Assembly: GCA_977017575.1 (NCBI GenBank)
Contig: CDRNVI010000020.1
Span: 372,001 to 436,000, forward strand
Reading direction: 5' to 3'
Length of the DNA: 64,000 bases
From: Paramoeba atlantica
Taxonomy: Eukaryota > Protista > Discosea
Below, piece by piece: positions 49,617-60,723 of this stretch; the stretch's first letter is position 1; the number at the start of each line of letters is the position of its first letter. A model generated the notes under the pieces. That model was not told the DNA's origin. It saw only the letters and a program-made list of their open reading frames with translations, and made no database searches. A program made the translations under genes and the position numbers.

Positions 49617-49937
49617 TCATGCTTCCCTTCCTTCACTCCCTACCCCACTCACCAATCCGCACGCATCCAGGCCCGTATTGTCCAGCACCTCCGCTCCCAC
49701 CCCGTTAACAGTATTAAATACGTTTGATTGCTGTACGAGGGTGGGAGACGTGGAGGTCAAACAAAATAAGGCCTGCTGAAAGACTATTATTTCGACTCGC
49801 TCAATTGTCTCAGAGTCTAGAGGTACAGATATTCGTACAGGTTTAAGCCTGGGCTTTAACACCACAACTCCGATACCACTTCGAATTTCATTCGTGCCCT
49901 CCATCGGCAATACAGAACCATCTGTATAAATTTGCAT
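49617..49937 (-). mobile_element. RNase H fragment, Ingi/L1Tc-like non-LTR retroelement
   Basis: IYTDGS....SG.G.......+.+P.....R.E...+.QAL RNase HI pattern. Confidence 0.5.
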
Positions 49938-51050
49938 GGTTTTAAACCCCCCCGCATCAAAAAGGCACCCACCCTTATTTTTCGCACGAGGGGGGCTAGG
50001 GGGGTTATCGCACCACTTTATCGTGCAAAATTTTGAGATCTGTACGTTCCCGTTGTCTTTACATACATCTCCTTAGTACGGATAGTACGTACTTCATACA
50101 TTTTGAAAAATATTTTATGCCAAAGTGGGACCTTGACTACGAATTTCAATTAAAGAAAAGCTCATCTTTTTCACTGGAAAACAATGTTGGGATCGCATTA
50201 CTTAAAATAATTTATTCTTCCGTTACTTATAGCATTTTCTTTTGAATTTTCATTCACTTTTCTCCAGCACCATGTCTAGGAAATCAGGCCGAGGTGAACA
50301 GGATGGAAGCGAGGTAACTCCCGAAAGAACTGTCTCTCGCACTCATCACGCAACGCCGCTTAGCGTTCTAATGCGAGAGGGGGCGGTTCCCCTTTTTGCT
50401 GTCGTACGTTGCTCGGCAAATTGTCATCACGACCATGATGCAATGCCCGTTGGCGGTATGGGGCATGAATGTCATTACAAATGCATGGCCCCTGGCTGCC
50501 ATTTTGAATCTCATTGCAAGACTCATAAAAAAAACTATAACTCGTAATCATTATCAACATCGTAAGCACTGCGATCTTCGAATTGATAAGGAGAAACTTG
50601 ACGCTGTTCAAATGGCTATGTCGTGTGAAGGGAAGCCGAACTTTACGCCACACGAATAGTACCCAGCATGCATGCTCTCATGAGCACTCATTCGCAGCAG
50701 TACGGTACTTAGTACGTACTAGTACGAAATACGGGGTCCGTACTACGTTTAGTACGAAGTACCGTACTGCGGAGATGTATGTCTTTAGGTCATTTCGAAA
50801 AATATATATAAGTTGAATGTATTTTTAAAACAAATTCGCTTTTCATGCTAAGAAATACGTATCGACTCCCCAGGGGTGGTCTTACAGAAAGTGGAAAACC
50901 GTTATGGCGCATGAGGCTTGGCCAAGTGGTTGCGATAAGGTAACTAGCCCTGCGGAATGCGGCAACGCCTGCGGAAACTGCTCATTGTGTTAATACACTC
51001 TTGCTTGCGTTCGGATTGTAATCTTTCGAACTCTATCTCAATGGCCGATA

Positions 51051-51239
51051 CTAATTCAGCCCGATTCTTGGGCTGTCCGAGAATACGAGTTTTTGGGCTG
51101 TCCGAGAATACGACCCTGTCTCAAGATAATCTGAGACAAGAAGCATACGGTGACTTGGTATCACCCGTGCGGGCGAGGAATAGGACCGGCCGCTGAGTAC
51201 ACCACGTGAGGTTCGGGAACGAATCCGTTGCTGGGGCAT
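51051..51239 (-). mobile_element. Tc1/IS630-like transposase N-terminal fragment
   Basis: MPQ.R..SRTSRGVLS.RSYSSPA.V..SHR.L...Y..TGSYS.TAQ, homologous to the ORF start at 60921. Confidence 0.65.
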
Positions 51240-51291
51240 ATAGTGCTAATATTGACTGAAAAACAGCTAAAAACTGAATAATTCTTTAACG

Positions 51292-51319
51292 ATAAAGATA
51301 TGGTTTCTGTACCTTGTTG
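51292..51319 (+). other. Spliced-leader-like 28-mer heading a short UTR and ATG 51357
   Basis: ATAAAGATATGGTTTCTGTACCTTGTTG, 26/28 match; preceded by TAACG. Confidence 0.65.
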
Positions 51320-51356
51320 ACTTATTTTGTCCTTTCCTTCTTTAATCTCTCCCCCC

Positions 51357-51839
51357 ATGGCAGAACTCCCCCTCAAGGGTCTATTGTTCTGTGCATACTG
51401 TGGCTCGGAGTTCGAACCACCCTCCCCCTCCCACCGGCTGTGCCCGACGTGTGCACACATACATGCGTTTTTTACATGTGTTTCGTACATTAAAACATTA
51501 AAAAAAGTATCATTCACCCCAAACTGTATTTTTCAGCAAAATGGGGCAACACCTCACACTGCGAAGGAAACAGAAGCGTACCTTGACGACAACAAAATGA
51601 AATTATTGAAAAATTGGCCGCCTAACTCCCCCGATCTCTCACCAATAGAAAACGTGTGGAGCATGGTACAAAGTCTTGTAGATGAATACAATCCGACAAA
51701 TAAAGAAGATCTCATAAAAAGCGTACGTAAAGCTTGGCGTAAATTGTCTCAAGGTTATATTTATGATTCGGTTTTGAGCTTCGATGCTCGCCTCAAAGCT
51801 TGTGTGGCGAGTAACGGAGAAAAGGTGACAAAATGGTAA
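51357..51839 (+). pseudogene. Chimeric ORF: CxxC-CxxC Zn ribbon fused to Tc1 DDE C-terminus
   Basis: CAYC...CPTC, then FQQNGATPH (second catalytic D replaced by N) and WPPNSPDLSPIENVW. Confidence 0.6.
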
Positions 51840-52229
51840 TCTCTCTCTAAAATATACATATTCGTTTCTTTTTGTCTCATTTCTTCACGCGCAAAGTCTT
51901 TATGTTGAGATCTGCAAAATGCAACAAAAATCAGCCCAAACGGACATTTGGCTGAAAAGTTAAGGGTGGGTGCCTTATTGGTGCGGAGGGGTTCATATGC
52001 TGGAAAAGGAACGTTTGACTCCTCTACGAATTACAACTCGGAAAAACTTTTATGCTTTTTCGCCCTTGCCAGGGCAGTTTTCCATTTAACAGAGCCACAT
52101 TTTTCATATTGAATAATAGGCTCGAGCTCGCTTCGTAGCTTCTCGGTTAGATGGTACTAATGCTCATGGTCAGTGGCATACACTAAGGCTTGTTCAAGAG
52201 TGAGCAGCGTGTGTAGACAAGTTGAGCAG

Positions 52230-52350
52230 CGAGCAGCCAAGTGACCAGCGTGTGTAGCCTCTCGAAGGCCTTCACAATGGAATTCGGGTTTTCGGAGGCC
52301 AAGTTAATATCGTCTACATACGTGTCTAGATTGGGGCGAATTTTCTGGAC
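52230..52350 (-). mobile_element. Possible decayed reverse transcriptase fragment
   Basis: Minus frame reads VQKIRPNLDTYVDDINLASENPNSIVKAFERL (YVDD motif); flanks contain stops. Confidence 0.3.
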
Positions 52351-53287
52351 TTTTCCTGTTGTCGATACTTTACCCCTTCATCCCTCACAGGCTCACTCTC
52401 CTGGGGTAAGTTTGCTTCCCCCTCGGCTTGTGACCTCGTGACAAAAGGAAAGCAACATGTCAAAAACACAAAAGAAGTTCAGACCATACGGACTCAAAAC
52501 GGACGCTCAGGTGTCGAAAAATTTGCCAAGTATTTTCGCCCATTGAAATAGCTTAGCTTTAGCGGGTGCGGCCGGGTGCGCCAAGGAATCGTGATTTTGG
52601 CGGTCCACCCCTCTAAAAGAAAGGAGCGATAAAACGTTCAGGTAAAAATTTTACCACATTGAAAAAAGTGCGAACATTGGTTCAGTTTCACCTGGAATAC
52701 AGCTTTCTCGGTAACAAGAACGGAGTGGATCATGTCTTGGGCAAGCTCATTTTTGTCTTGTGACTTTCTTCAGAAAGCAACTTGTTCAGAAAGTAACTTT
52801 TTCATCGGCCCGTAATCCGCAGTAGAGGAAATTCGCAATAGATAACGTTTCGTTTTTTGTGTTGATCGTGTTTGCATTGTTCTGATAAGCAGATCGAAAA
52901 AAAAGCATGCTTATTTAAAACTTCCGCTTCATAAGAAGGTGCTTTGCTTCGTGGCGAAGACCGTTTTCGACGTACCACAAGCCATAGGAAACTCATCATT
53001 ACGAAAATCTATTTGTGATTCACCAATCATGGAAACACGTTGTTTTTGTGTTCGTGGTGTATGTATTGGTCAAGACAATGAAAAAATGGAGATACAAAGA
53101 GCGAAATTCGTTTTTGGTTCGTTTAGCGAATCATAATCAGTGATTTCATAGTCAGAAAAAGTAACGATGCATATCTGTACACTTTTGCTTTCGCAGCAGG
53201 AGTGATTCTATATTGCACAAAAAAGTAAAGACCTTTAAACAACGTGACTACCGCAAAAGTATTTCAGCGATACAATTTTATTTCCCC

Positions 53288-54124
53288 ATGATTTTGAAAT
53301 TAACACGGATTACAGACGCGGTAGATCCTTTACAAGCTCGATATAACGCTGCTAGTAAAGTACGTGGGGCAATTCTCTCCCCAGAGATGCAATTTCTCCT
53401 TTTTGTTTCAAAATTAGTCGAGCTGCCTGAAGATTGGAAAGAAGGAACTCCTGTATGCACGTGGAATTGTGTGACCTGCAATGAAAAGGGGGAAATCACT
53501 GATATCTGGTTTCGCGATAAAGGACTTAAAGGAACTTTAGTATGGGAACACTGTCCGTCAACGGCTACCTACTTAGACGCAGCAGAAAATTATTTCTCTG
53601 GTGCTTTCCCTACCGCTCTTCTTCCTCCAGGGCTTGGAGAAGCTGTGATTCAAGACAACTCGTTTGAAGGTGAGTTTGCTACCGCCTCATTGCCTTCCAT
53701 TACAAAATCCCTTTATGCCTCGTCGAATAACTTTTTTGGTACGATTGACTTAACGATGCTTCCTTGCGCTTTACAAAGTCTGGCACTTTCGAGAAACAAG
53801 CTATCGGGAGATATAGATCTAGCACATCTTTCCCTTCCTATGGAAGGGCTCTATCTTTCTCAAAATATGCTTGAAGGTCATGTAAATTTGACGCAGCTCC
53901 CACCAAAAATAAAATATTTGTGGCTCAATGGTAATAAATTTAGTGGCGAAATTAATCTTTTAAGACTTCCCAAGCAACTATATTCTTTAGATCTGTCGGA
54001 TAATAGCTTTACAGGTCATATTCAGCTGGATACCTTGCCTGTAAAGTTGGGACGTTTAAAGTTATTTTCGAACAACTTTACAAAGATTACACCCACTACG
54101 CTTCCCGCTTTGATTAAGCTATAA
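53288..54124 (+). CDS. LRR protein (KVRG family)
   Basis: AASKVRGAILSPE N-terminus, ~8 LRR units. Confidence 0.85.
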   Translation: MILKLTRITDAVDPLQARYNAASKVRGAILSPEMQFLLFVSKLVELPEDWKEGTPVCTWNCVTCNEKGEITDIWFRDKGLKGTLVWEHCPSTATYLDAAENYFSGAFPTALLPPGLGEAVIQDNSFEGEFATASLPSITKSLYASSNNFFGTIDLTMLPCALQSLALSRNKLSGDIDLAHLSLPMEGLYLSQNMLEGHVNLTQLPPKIKYLWLNGNKFSGEINLLRLPKQLYSLDLSDNSFTGHIQLDTLPVKLGRLKLFSNNFTKITPTTLPALIKL

Positions 54125-54432
54125 TTTGTAAAGCTTAAAAGCTGCTACTTTGCAAGACAGCTATTGTTTGGCAAGTAATACACATACTAAGGATACAAGT
54201 AACCGATACTAAGGACTTTTTATTCGAGTAAGGAGCTGAGCGCTCGGAATTTAGAAAACAAAACTTGAAATTAGTTTACCTGAAAACACAGCTCAGCTGA
54301 ATAAAACCAAATTGATATGACTCAATCTATGGGCTATGTTAAGGTGTTACAACCACGAAATATACCACACCTTTTTCAATTCTTAAAAACGAAAAACAAT
54401 CAATTCCTTTTTATCATTCGCTTGATAGCAAA

Positions 54433-55386
54433 ATGATGGTTTTGGCTATCAAAATGGCGTACGTTGCCTTTTTCAAAGATGCCGTCGAGTCTCTGGAAGG
54501 TTCAACCAAAGAGCATCAGAATCACCTGTCGTCGCAGGTCGCGTCTCGGGGCCGATATCGGGCCTCAAAAGTCACCAATTTACCTCAAGAATTTGAGCTC
54601 GCCGAGTTTGTCCGAGACATCACATACCCCCACGCGGGATGGACTCGAGACACCCCGGCGTGTGAGTGGTTTGGTGCCGAGTGCAACGAGAGTGGCAGAG
54701 TTGAAAAAATCTCCTGGGTGGGGCAATATTTACGTGGGAGGCTACGTATGTCTTACCTACCACGTACCCTTGTGGAATGCACAATACAGGGGAACGGTCT
54801 GCGTGGTTCGGCAAGTCTGACGGACTTACCACGTCCGTTGGAGACACTCAGTCTTAGCCACAACTCGTTTAGTGGAAATCTCGATCTCACGCGTCTGCCG
54901 GAAAGTATGAAATTCTTGTATCTTCTTAACAATAAGTTTACCGGGGAGGTCTGCTTGACAAGTCTTCCGAAATTATTGGAACTTTTCGCCTTACAGTCGA
55001 ATTGTCTCACAGGCATGCCGGATTTAACTTCGCTTCCTGCGCAGCTTAGTTGCCTGAACCTGGGCTACAATGCGTTTTTTGGGAGCGTGTGTTTGGATCA
55101 GCTCCCGGGAATGCTTCGGTTTCTCGCTCTTCGAAACAATGAGTTCTCTGGAGAATTGTGTTTGAGTGGATTACCTAAGTCACTCAACGCGCTCTACCTG
55201 AATGACAATGAATTTCGTGGTACTCTTGACTTGGGACAAATTTCCTACGGCTTGGAAGATCTTAGATTGTCCGGAAATGCAAACCTTCGTGGAGTGATAA
55301 TTAAATCGAAGTTGCCAGATACGCTTAAGCTTTACAAGATTACTACTTCTGGAACAAAAATTACCGTGGACGATGCTTCAAAATAG
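54433..55386 (+). CDS. LRR protein (KVRG family)
   Basis: RASKVTNLPQEFEL N-terminus, ~9 LRR units. Confidence 0.85.
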   Translation: MMVLAIKMAYVAFFKDAVESLEGSTKEHQNHLSSQVASRGRYRASKVTNLPQEFELAEFVRDITYPHAGWTRDTPACEWFGAECNESGRVEKISWVGQYLRGRLRMSYLPRTLVECTIQGNGLRGSASLTDLPRPLETLSLSHNSFSGNLDLTRLPESMKFLYLLNNKFTGEVCLTSLPKLLELFALQSNCLTGMPDLTSLPAQLSCLNLGYNAFFGSVCLDQLPGMLRFLALRNNEFSGELCLSGLPKSLNALYLNDNEFRGTLDLGQISYGLEDLRLSGNANLRGVIIKSKLPDTLKLYKITTSGTKITVDDASK

Positions 55387-55638
55387 TTACATCTTTTTTT
55401 TGCGAATTACACTTTCAACACACAGTTCGTACATAAAAACGATCTCTTCCCTCTAACACGGCTTAGAACATCAGATCACAATCACTGAATTTGATCATAT
55501 TACCTGTAAACGTTCGATTACCAAACGTGATAGGAAGAATGCGTTCTAACGTTCATTTTTTTAACTTCTCTACAATACCACTTTTTCCTAGCCTCATTGA
55601 AATTTGCCTTCAATCCTATCGAACCAGTTACTACAGAG

Positions 55639-56253
55639 ATGAATGTTGGGGCAGAATTTTACTTCTTTGCTTTTTGTGTCGCATGGAGCGTAGAATCTAA
55701 AGACGATGCACCGAGGCGAGCAGCAAAGGTACGTGGCGCGTCTTTACCAGAGGAATATCGACTTTCTCGCATGCTTCAAAACGTTAAAAATCCCCTTCGT
55801 TCCTGGAGCGAGAGCAAACCCGCTTGTTCTTGGGAATGTGTACATTGTTCTGGGGAGGCTATTACAAGATTTGATTGTCAGGAAAAGAGGTTGAAGGGTG
55901 AAGTACGATGGGAAGAACTTCCGAACACTCTCACGTTTTTTAGTGTATTTAAGAATGAACTGGAGGGAACACTTTATCTTTCGAATTTACCGCTTGATTT
56001 GAATATATTAAACGGATCATACAACAAATTCGAAGGTGAAATTGACTTGTGCCATTTGCCGGAAAATATGCACGAGCTGCTGTTTTCGGAAAACTTGCTC
56101 AGTGGGTTTGTTAATTTTTCTCATCTCCCGCCTAATCTTATAACTTTAGCTCTACGTGACAATTCGGGTCTTTTTGGTGAAATGGTCTTGGATGAACTTC
56201 CCAAAAAGCTTTCCTATCGTCCTATAACCAATACTGGAATCAAAATTACATAG
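55639..56253 (+). CDS. LRR protein (KVRG family)
   Basis: RAAKVRGASLPEEYRL N-terminus followed by LRR units. Confidence 0.8.
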   Translation: MNVGAEFYFFAFCVAWSVESKDDAPRRAAKVRGASLPEEYRLSRMLQNVKNPLRSWSESKPACSWECVHCSGEAITRFDCQEKRLKGEVRWEELPNTLTFFSVFKNELEGTLYLSNLPLDLNILNGSYNKFEGEIDLCHLPENMHELLFSENLLSGFVNFSHLPPNLITLALRDNSGLFGEMVLDELPKKLSYRPITNTGIKIT

Positions 56254-56450
56254 CGTAGTAAATCAGAATTGAATAGGGTAGTTTATTTGTCTGATTTGAA
56301 TCAATTTAGAAAAATAAAGTCTAGCTGAACGGAATTGCAAGTTTAAGAATGTGAATATTTTTTCGCGCGAATTAGGTAAACTTTGTCGGAAAGAAGTAAA
56401 ATAAATAAATTCTGTCATTTTAAACGTTGTTAGCTTTCAGTTGTGCTAAT

Positions 56451-57314
56451 ATGAAAATTTACCTGTCTGACGTTCAAGAGCCTCCCACTAAACGTCTAAA
56501 GCAAGGCGATGGCTCTTTTCTCGAAAAGGAAAGTGTTGAGGGTACTCGCTCAAGTAAAATACGGTCGACACAGTTGCCACAAGTGTACAATCTTGCGCGT
56601 CTCATTCGTAATATCACCAATCCCCATGTCACATGGACCACATCGGTAGCTGCACGCAACTGGCAGGGTGTATCCTGTGATGACAAGGAGCAAAATGTGA
56701 TAAAGATAAATTGGAGGGCTCACCTTGGGGGGTCATTACAGGGCTCATTGCAGCTCAAGTATCTTCCCGAAACCGTACACACGTTTGATGTGGCTTACAA
56801 TAATTTGACGTCTTCCATACAATTAGACACGTTGCCCGAAACCCTTCTCTTACTTGACCTCTCACACAACCGTTTTACAGGTAGTCTCGACCTTTGTCAC
56901 TTACCTTCTCATCTCAAGCGAATCTATTTGGAAAAGAATAACTTCGAGAACACGGTTGATCTCACGGCTCTTCCCGGAGAATTGGAACGTCTAATACTGC
57001 GGGGTAATAATCTTTTGGGGGAGGTGGATCTCAGCCTTTTGCCGTCTACGTTGACGAATCTAAGCTTAGGGGAGAACGAATTTAGTGGGACGCCTGATTT
57101 TCGTCATCTACCTTCATCCTTGGAGAGTTTATTTTTAGACAACAATAATTTTAAGGGTTGTTTATATTTTAAATCTCTCCCAGTCGGCTTGACTTGGATC
57201 GATGTCTCTCACAACTCGTATCTGCGTGGAGAATTCGATAAGACATTCCTTCCCGGTGTGTACTTCGAACGAGCAGGAACAGATATTCGCGTAATTGAAC
57301 CTGAGGCAGTTTAA
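56451..57314 (+). CDS. LRR protein (KVRG family)
   Basis: RSSKIRSTQLPQ N-terminus followed by LRR units. Confidence 0.85.
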   Translation: MKIYLSDVQEPPTKRLKQGDGSFLEKESVEGTRSSKIRSTQLPQVYNLARLIRNITNPHVTWTTSVAARNWQGVSCDDKEQNVIKINWRAHLGGSLQGSLQLKYLPETVHTFDVAYNNLTSSIQLDTLPETLLLLDLSHNRFTGSLDLCHLPSHLKRIYLEKNNFENTVDLTALPGELERLILRGNNLLGEVDLSLLPSTLTNLSLGENEFSGTPDFRHLPSSLESLFLDNNNFKGCLYFKSLPVGLTWIDVSHNSYLRGEFDKTFLPGVYFERAGTDIRVIEPEAV

Positions 57315-57389
57315 CATGCTATTAAATACAGTCAACTCTTAGAAAGGGGCATCTCAAGAACCGCTACTATAAGTAAATAAGTTATTGAG

Positions 57390-58420
57390 GGAGATACTAC
57401 TCCCTCGCTACCGTAGGTTAATTCGTCGTGCCCGATTTCATGCCCGATTTGTGGCCCGATATCGTTTCAGGTGAGTTTTCGAAAAAAATGTTTACAAAGA
57501 CGTATGAATCGAATTGAGTGACAAGATCACTAGTTTTTCAACAATTCCGATGGGTACCCCCTGCCCCCCCCTCCCCACCAGGGTGATCATAGCAATTTTT
57601 GAAATACAAGATTGGTACCGCCGCGGTACAAGACTGGTACCGCCGCGGAGTTAGGGGCTAGGGTTCGTTGGGATAAATGAATACGATCATAACAATTGTT
57701 GAAATTTCGAAAAACAAAACCTGAAAATTTATGGGTGAAAGTGAAAAAATACTGTCCCCCCTTAAGCGCACCCGGTCAGACGCCCCCCGTTTAAGCGCAC
57801 ATAGAGTTGAGGAGGAGATCGCGGCGCCGCGAAGCGGTGCCAATTTTTTTTTATATGCTGATTCAGACCCCCCGTTTAAGCGCACTTTTGACGGAAAACG
57901 AGGTGCGCTTAAACGGGGGGGACAGTTGCATTTTTCCCAAATCAGCTCCTAGACCGATTTTTTAGAGTTTGGAGCCTGATATAAGTGTATACGCTTTGGT
58001 TTCATTCGATATTTCTCCACCCTGTTCCGGTAATACACCTACAAAGGCCAAACTTTACCTGGAAGTGTGTGACACGCAAGGCCTTAGAGGAAGGAGGAGG
58101 CGCATGGCAAAAAGGCAGAAGGCGGATCCTTGTCTTTTTGCCGCGGCGACGACGACTTCCTCGCGTGGGAAGCTGTAAGGGGTCATAGGGAGCATGTTTC
58201 GATGGCTATATACTCTGTCTCTCATTGATTTTTATAAATGGCAAGACAGAATTTTCGAAAAAAAATTATAAAAATTGTGAAATTTATAAATCCAATTTTG
58301 TTCTCACAAAGCTTTTAGGACATACTTAAAAATATTGATGGAGATACTACTCCCTCAGTACCGTAGGTTAATTCGTCGTGCCCGATTTGTGGCCTGATTT
58401 CGTGTCAGGTGAGTTTTGAA
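57390..58420. repeat. Two direct copies (57390-57485, 58341-58420) of a TA|CTCCCTC (Stowaway-like) element end
   Basis: GGAGATACTACTCCCTC..TACCGTAGGTTAATTCGTCGTGCCCGATTT...CAGGTGAGTTTT repeated. Confidence 0.65.
57752..57925. mobile_element. MITE with CTGTCCCCC termini and TTAAGCGCAC subterminal repeats
   Basis: TA|CTGTCCCCCCTTAAGCGCAC ... GTGCGCTTAAACGGGGGGGACAG. Confidence 0.75.
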
Positions 58421-59262
58421 ATACATTTTAAATATTTTCTTCTGTGTAATAAAGTATTCCTTTTATTGCCTCAAAAATAAATGTTTTTTTGTCTATAGAG
58501 CTTCATATCGGCGTTTGACGGCTCGGCCGTTCAACAGAGGTTTGTTGACTGATCGAGGGTCATGTAGCACGAACGTTTGGGGTTGGTTCGGAGGTAAGAC
58601 CAGGTGGCACCTGGGCCCAGCACTCCACATTCCGACTAAGACAGAGCGATAAGGGATTTCAGAAACCAAAGTCCCTGCAATTATTGTCAAGTCGCGTACC
58701 TATGTATGTCACCAGTATTTTCTCGTGACTACATCCCATACATCCTCGTGACCCCGATCCTATACATCCCATACATCCTCGTGACGCTCAAGACCTTAGA
58801 GGAAGGAGGAGGCGCAAGGACGAGTATCTCCGTCTTCCACTTTAGCCTGGGTTGTTTTGTTTAAATGCTCCTCCCCCTTCTACAAGTAGCCGTTATGTCA
58901 CATTTATCGCACACACGTCTTCGAAAGCGAGTTTAACTCGGTTTCCCGCTCTGTTGAAGACCTCTTTTACTCATGCGTGCATTGATTTTCTGTCCAGACA
59001 ACTTCGTATCACAGCCATCACAACCCTCCCAATCACCCTCACCCCGCTCACCCACCCTTACCCGTCCAACAACCCCCGCCCGCTCAGCTCCACTAACCAG
59101 CCAGCCTCCCGAGCCAATCCCTCTTACCGGGGGTCTCTTACTGGCGGGTCTCCGGTATCTTTGGAAATCATTCTCATTGATTTTTATAATTATAATTATA
59201 AATATAAATTTTCTTTTTTGTTATAATTTATATTTATAAAAATCAATGAGAGGAGGAGTAAC

Positions 59263-59453
59263 CCATGCTAAAGTGGACGAGAGAGACACTAAAGGCACCT
59301 TTGGAAAACCACCACAAAACTGGAACGGTATCTCCCGGTTTGTAGTACGGTATTCTGATGTGACAAAAGGATCTTTAACGGTAAATACCTTTCCAGTTTT
59401 GTGGTGGTTTTCCAAAGGTGCCTTTAGTGTCTCTCTCGTCCACTTTAGCATGG
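59263..59453. mobile_element. Perfect 63-bp inverted repeat with 65-bp spacer (MITE/foldback)
   Basis: 59263-59325 is the reverse complement of 59391-59453; an AT-rich palindrome abuts it at 59173-59250. Confidence 0.8.
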
Positions 59454-59600
59454 TTTATACTTTGAGTTTTATGAAGGTTTTTATCTCCTTCAATAAGTCA
59501 GGTTGGTTTACAGTCTCGAATCGATGAACCCATCTTATTGAATGGATTCCCTCGCGTCAATACCCTCTGGGCTTAATCAAGGCCTGTGACTCTCAAACTG

Positions 59601-60204
59601 ATGGAGGAAACGCGCCCGAAAAAGGTACGAGGCAATTCTGTTCCGATGGAATACGATCTCGAAAAATTCATAAAAAAATATCAAAACCCCAGATATTTCG
59701 TGGAATACGCACACGCCCGCTGCTGAGTGGAAAGGTATATCCTTTGAGAGAAAAGAAGAATCGTTTGATATAAACTGGGGATACCTTGATTTGCGCGGTT
59801 CTTTGTGTTGGGAACATCTGGCTACGCTCCCCGTGAATGGTATTTACGTCCCAGACAATAGGCTACCCGGACGCCTTCCGCTGGAAAATTTACCCTATAA
59901 ATGCATATGGTTCCGTGCTCATCACAACTCGCTTAGCGGTCCCGTAGAGCTCCGTTTTCTGCTTTGTGAGCTACAGGCGCTGTGGCTCGATTACAATCAA
60001 TTTAGCGGAGAGGTACACTTTGAGGCTCTCCCCGCAAACTTTTGAGAGTTAGGCTTGCGAGACAATGAGAATCTCTTTGGGGAGTTGGATCACAGTATAT
60101 TGGGTCGGAAGCATTCCAAATTGTCAGTTCACATCACAGATACAGGGATTAAAGAGAAATTCGTTTCGAAAGAAACTTTTGAGTTTTTTCGACATGAAAG
60201 TTGA
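59601..60204 (+). pseudogene. LRR pseudogene (frameshift in A-run ~59675, in-frame TGA 60043-60045)
   Basis: KKVRGNSVPMEYDL start; LRR units continue after the stop (ELGLRDNENLFGELD). Confidence 0.7.
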
Positions 60205-60723
60205 TGATCCCTGTGTTACTTCCAATGGATGTACTGCAGAAGTGCATGGTTTTATCTGCCACCGTCTGCCACTATCTGTTTGCATTACATTCAACAATAA
60301 ACTCCGCCCAACGAATCAGTCATCCCCCATTTTGTTTTACACGTGAGGGCCTATGGGGGTTTATGCACCACTTTGTCGTTCAGAATTTCGGGATCTGCAC
60401 GTTCCCGCTATTTCCAACTCATTTTAAAATGTTAAAAAAGTAAACAAAATGTAATACTGTACCCCCTAGTTATCTGTCGCTTTTCGGCACTTCGAATATT
60501 TTTTTTCGTCGACCACCCCCCCCCTAGTTATCTGTCGCCTTTCTAAACAAAATGAAACATTTATTAAATTAAAAGCGAAACTTCAATTGTTTTTCTGTTC
60601 TGCTTTTAGGCTAATGGTTTTGCGTGGAGTTCTACGGTCAAAATTGGAAAATAAGAGTCGGAGCTCGTTATCCCCTCGACCATCCCCTTCATCATTCCCT
60701 TCATTCAATTTAAAGATCCTCTA

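Larger units (their letters stand above)
49945..51993 (+). mobile_element. Tc1/IS630-type element with ~33-bp TIRs, containing nested fragments
   Basis: AACCCCCCCGCATCAAAAAGGCACCCACCCTTA (49945) inverted at 51961-51993 with 3 mismatches; DDE C-terminus at 51520-51839. Confidence 0.6.

Noticed and set aside
57648-57666. Telomeric repeat
   Set aside because: Only TTAGGGGCTAGGG, with no array.
21946-60204. In-frame TAG/TGA codons (22243, 30826, 40726, 60043) as evidence of stop-codon reassignment
   Set aside because: They occur only in LRR paralogues and TEs, several of which also carry frameshifts. The 2400-aa conserved ORFs have none, and genes end in TAA, TAG and TGA normally.
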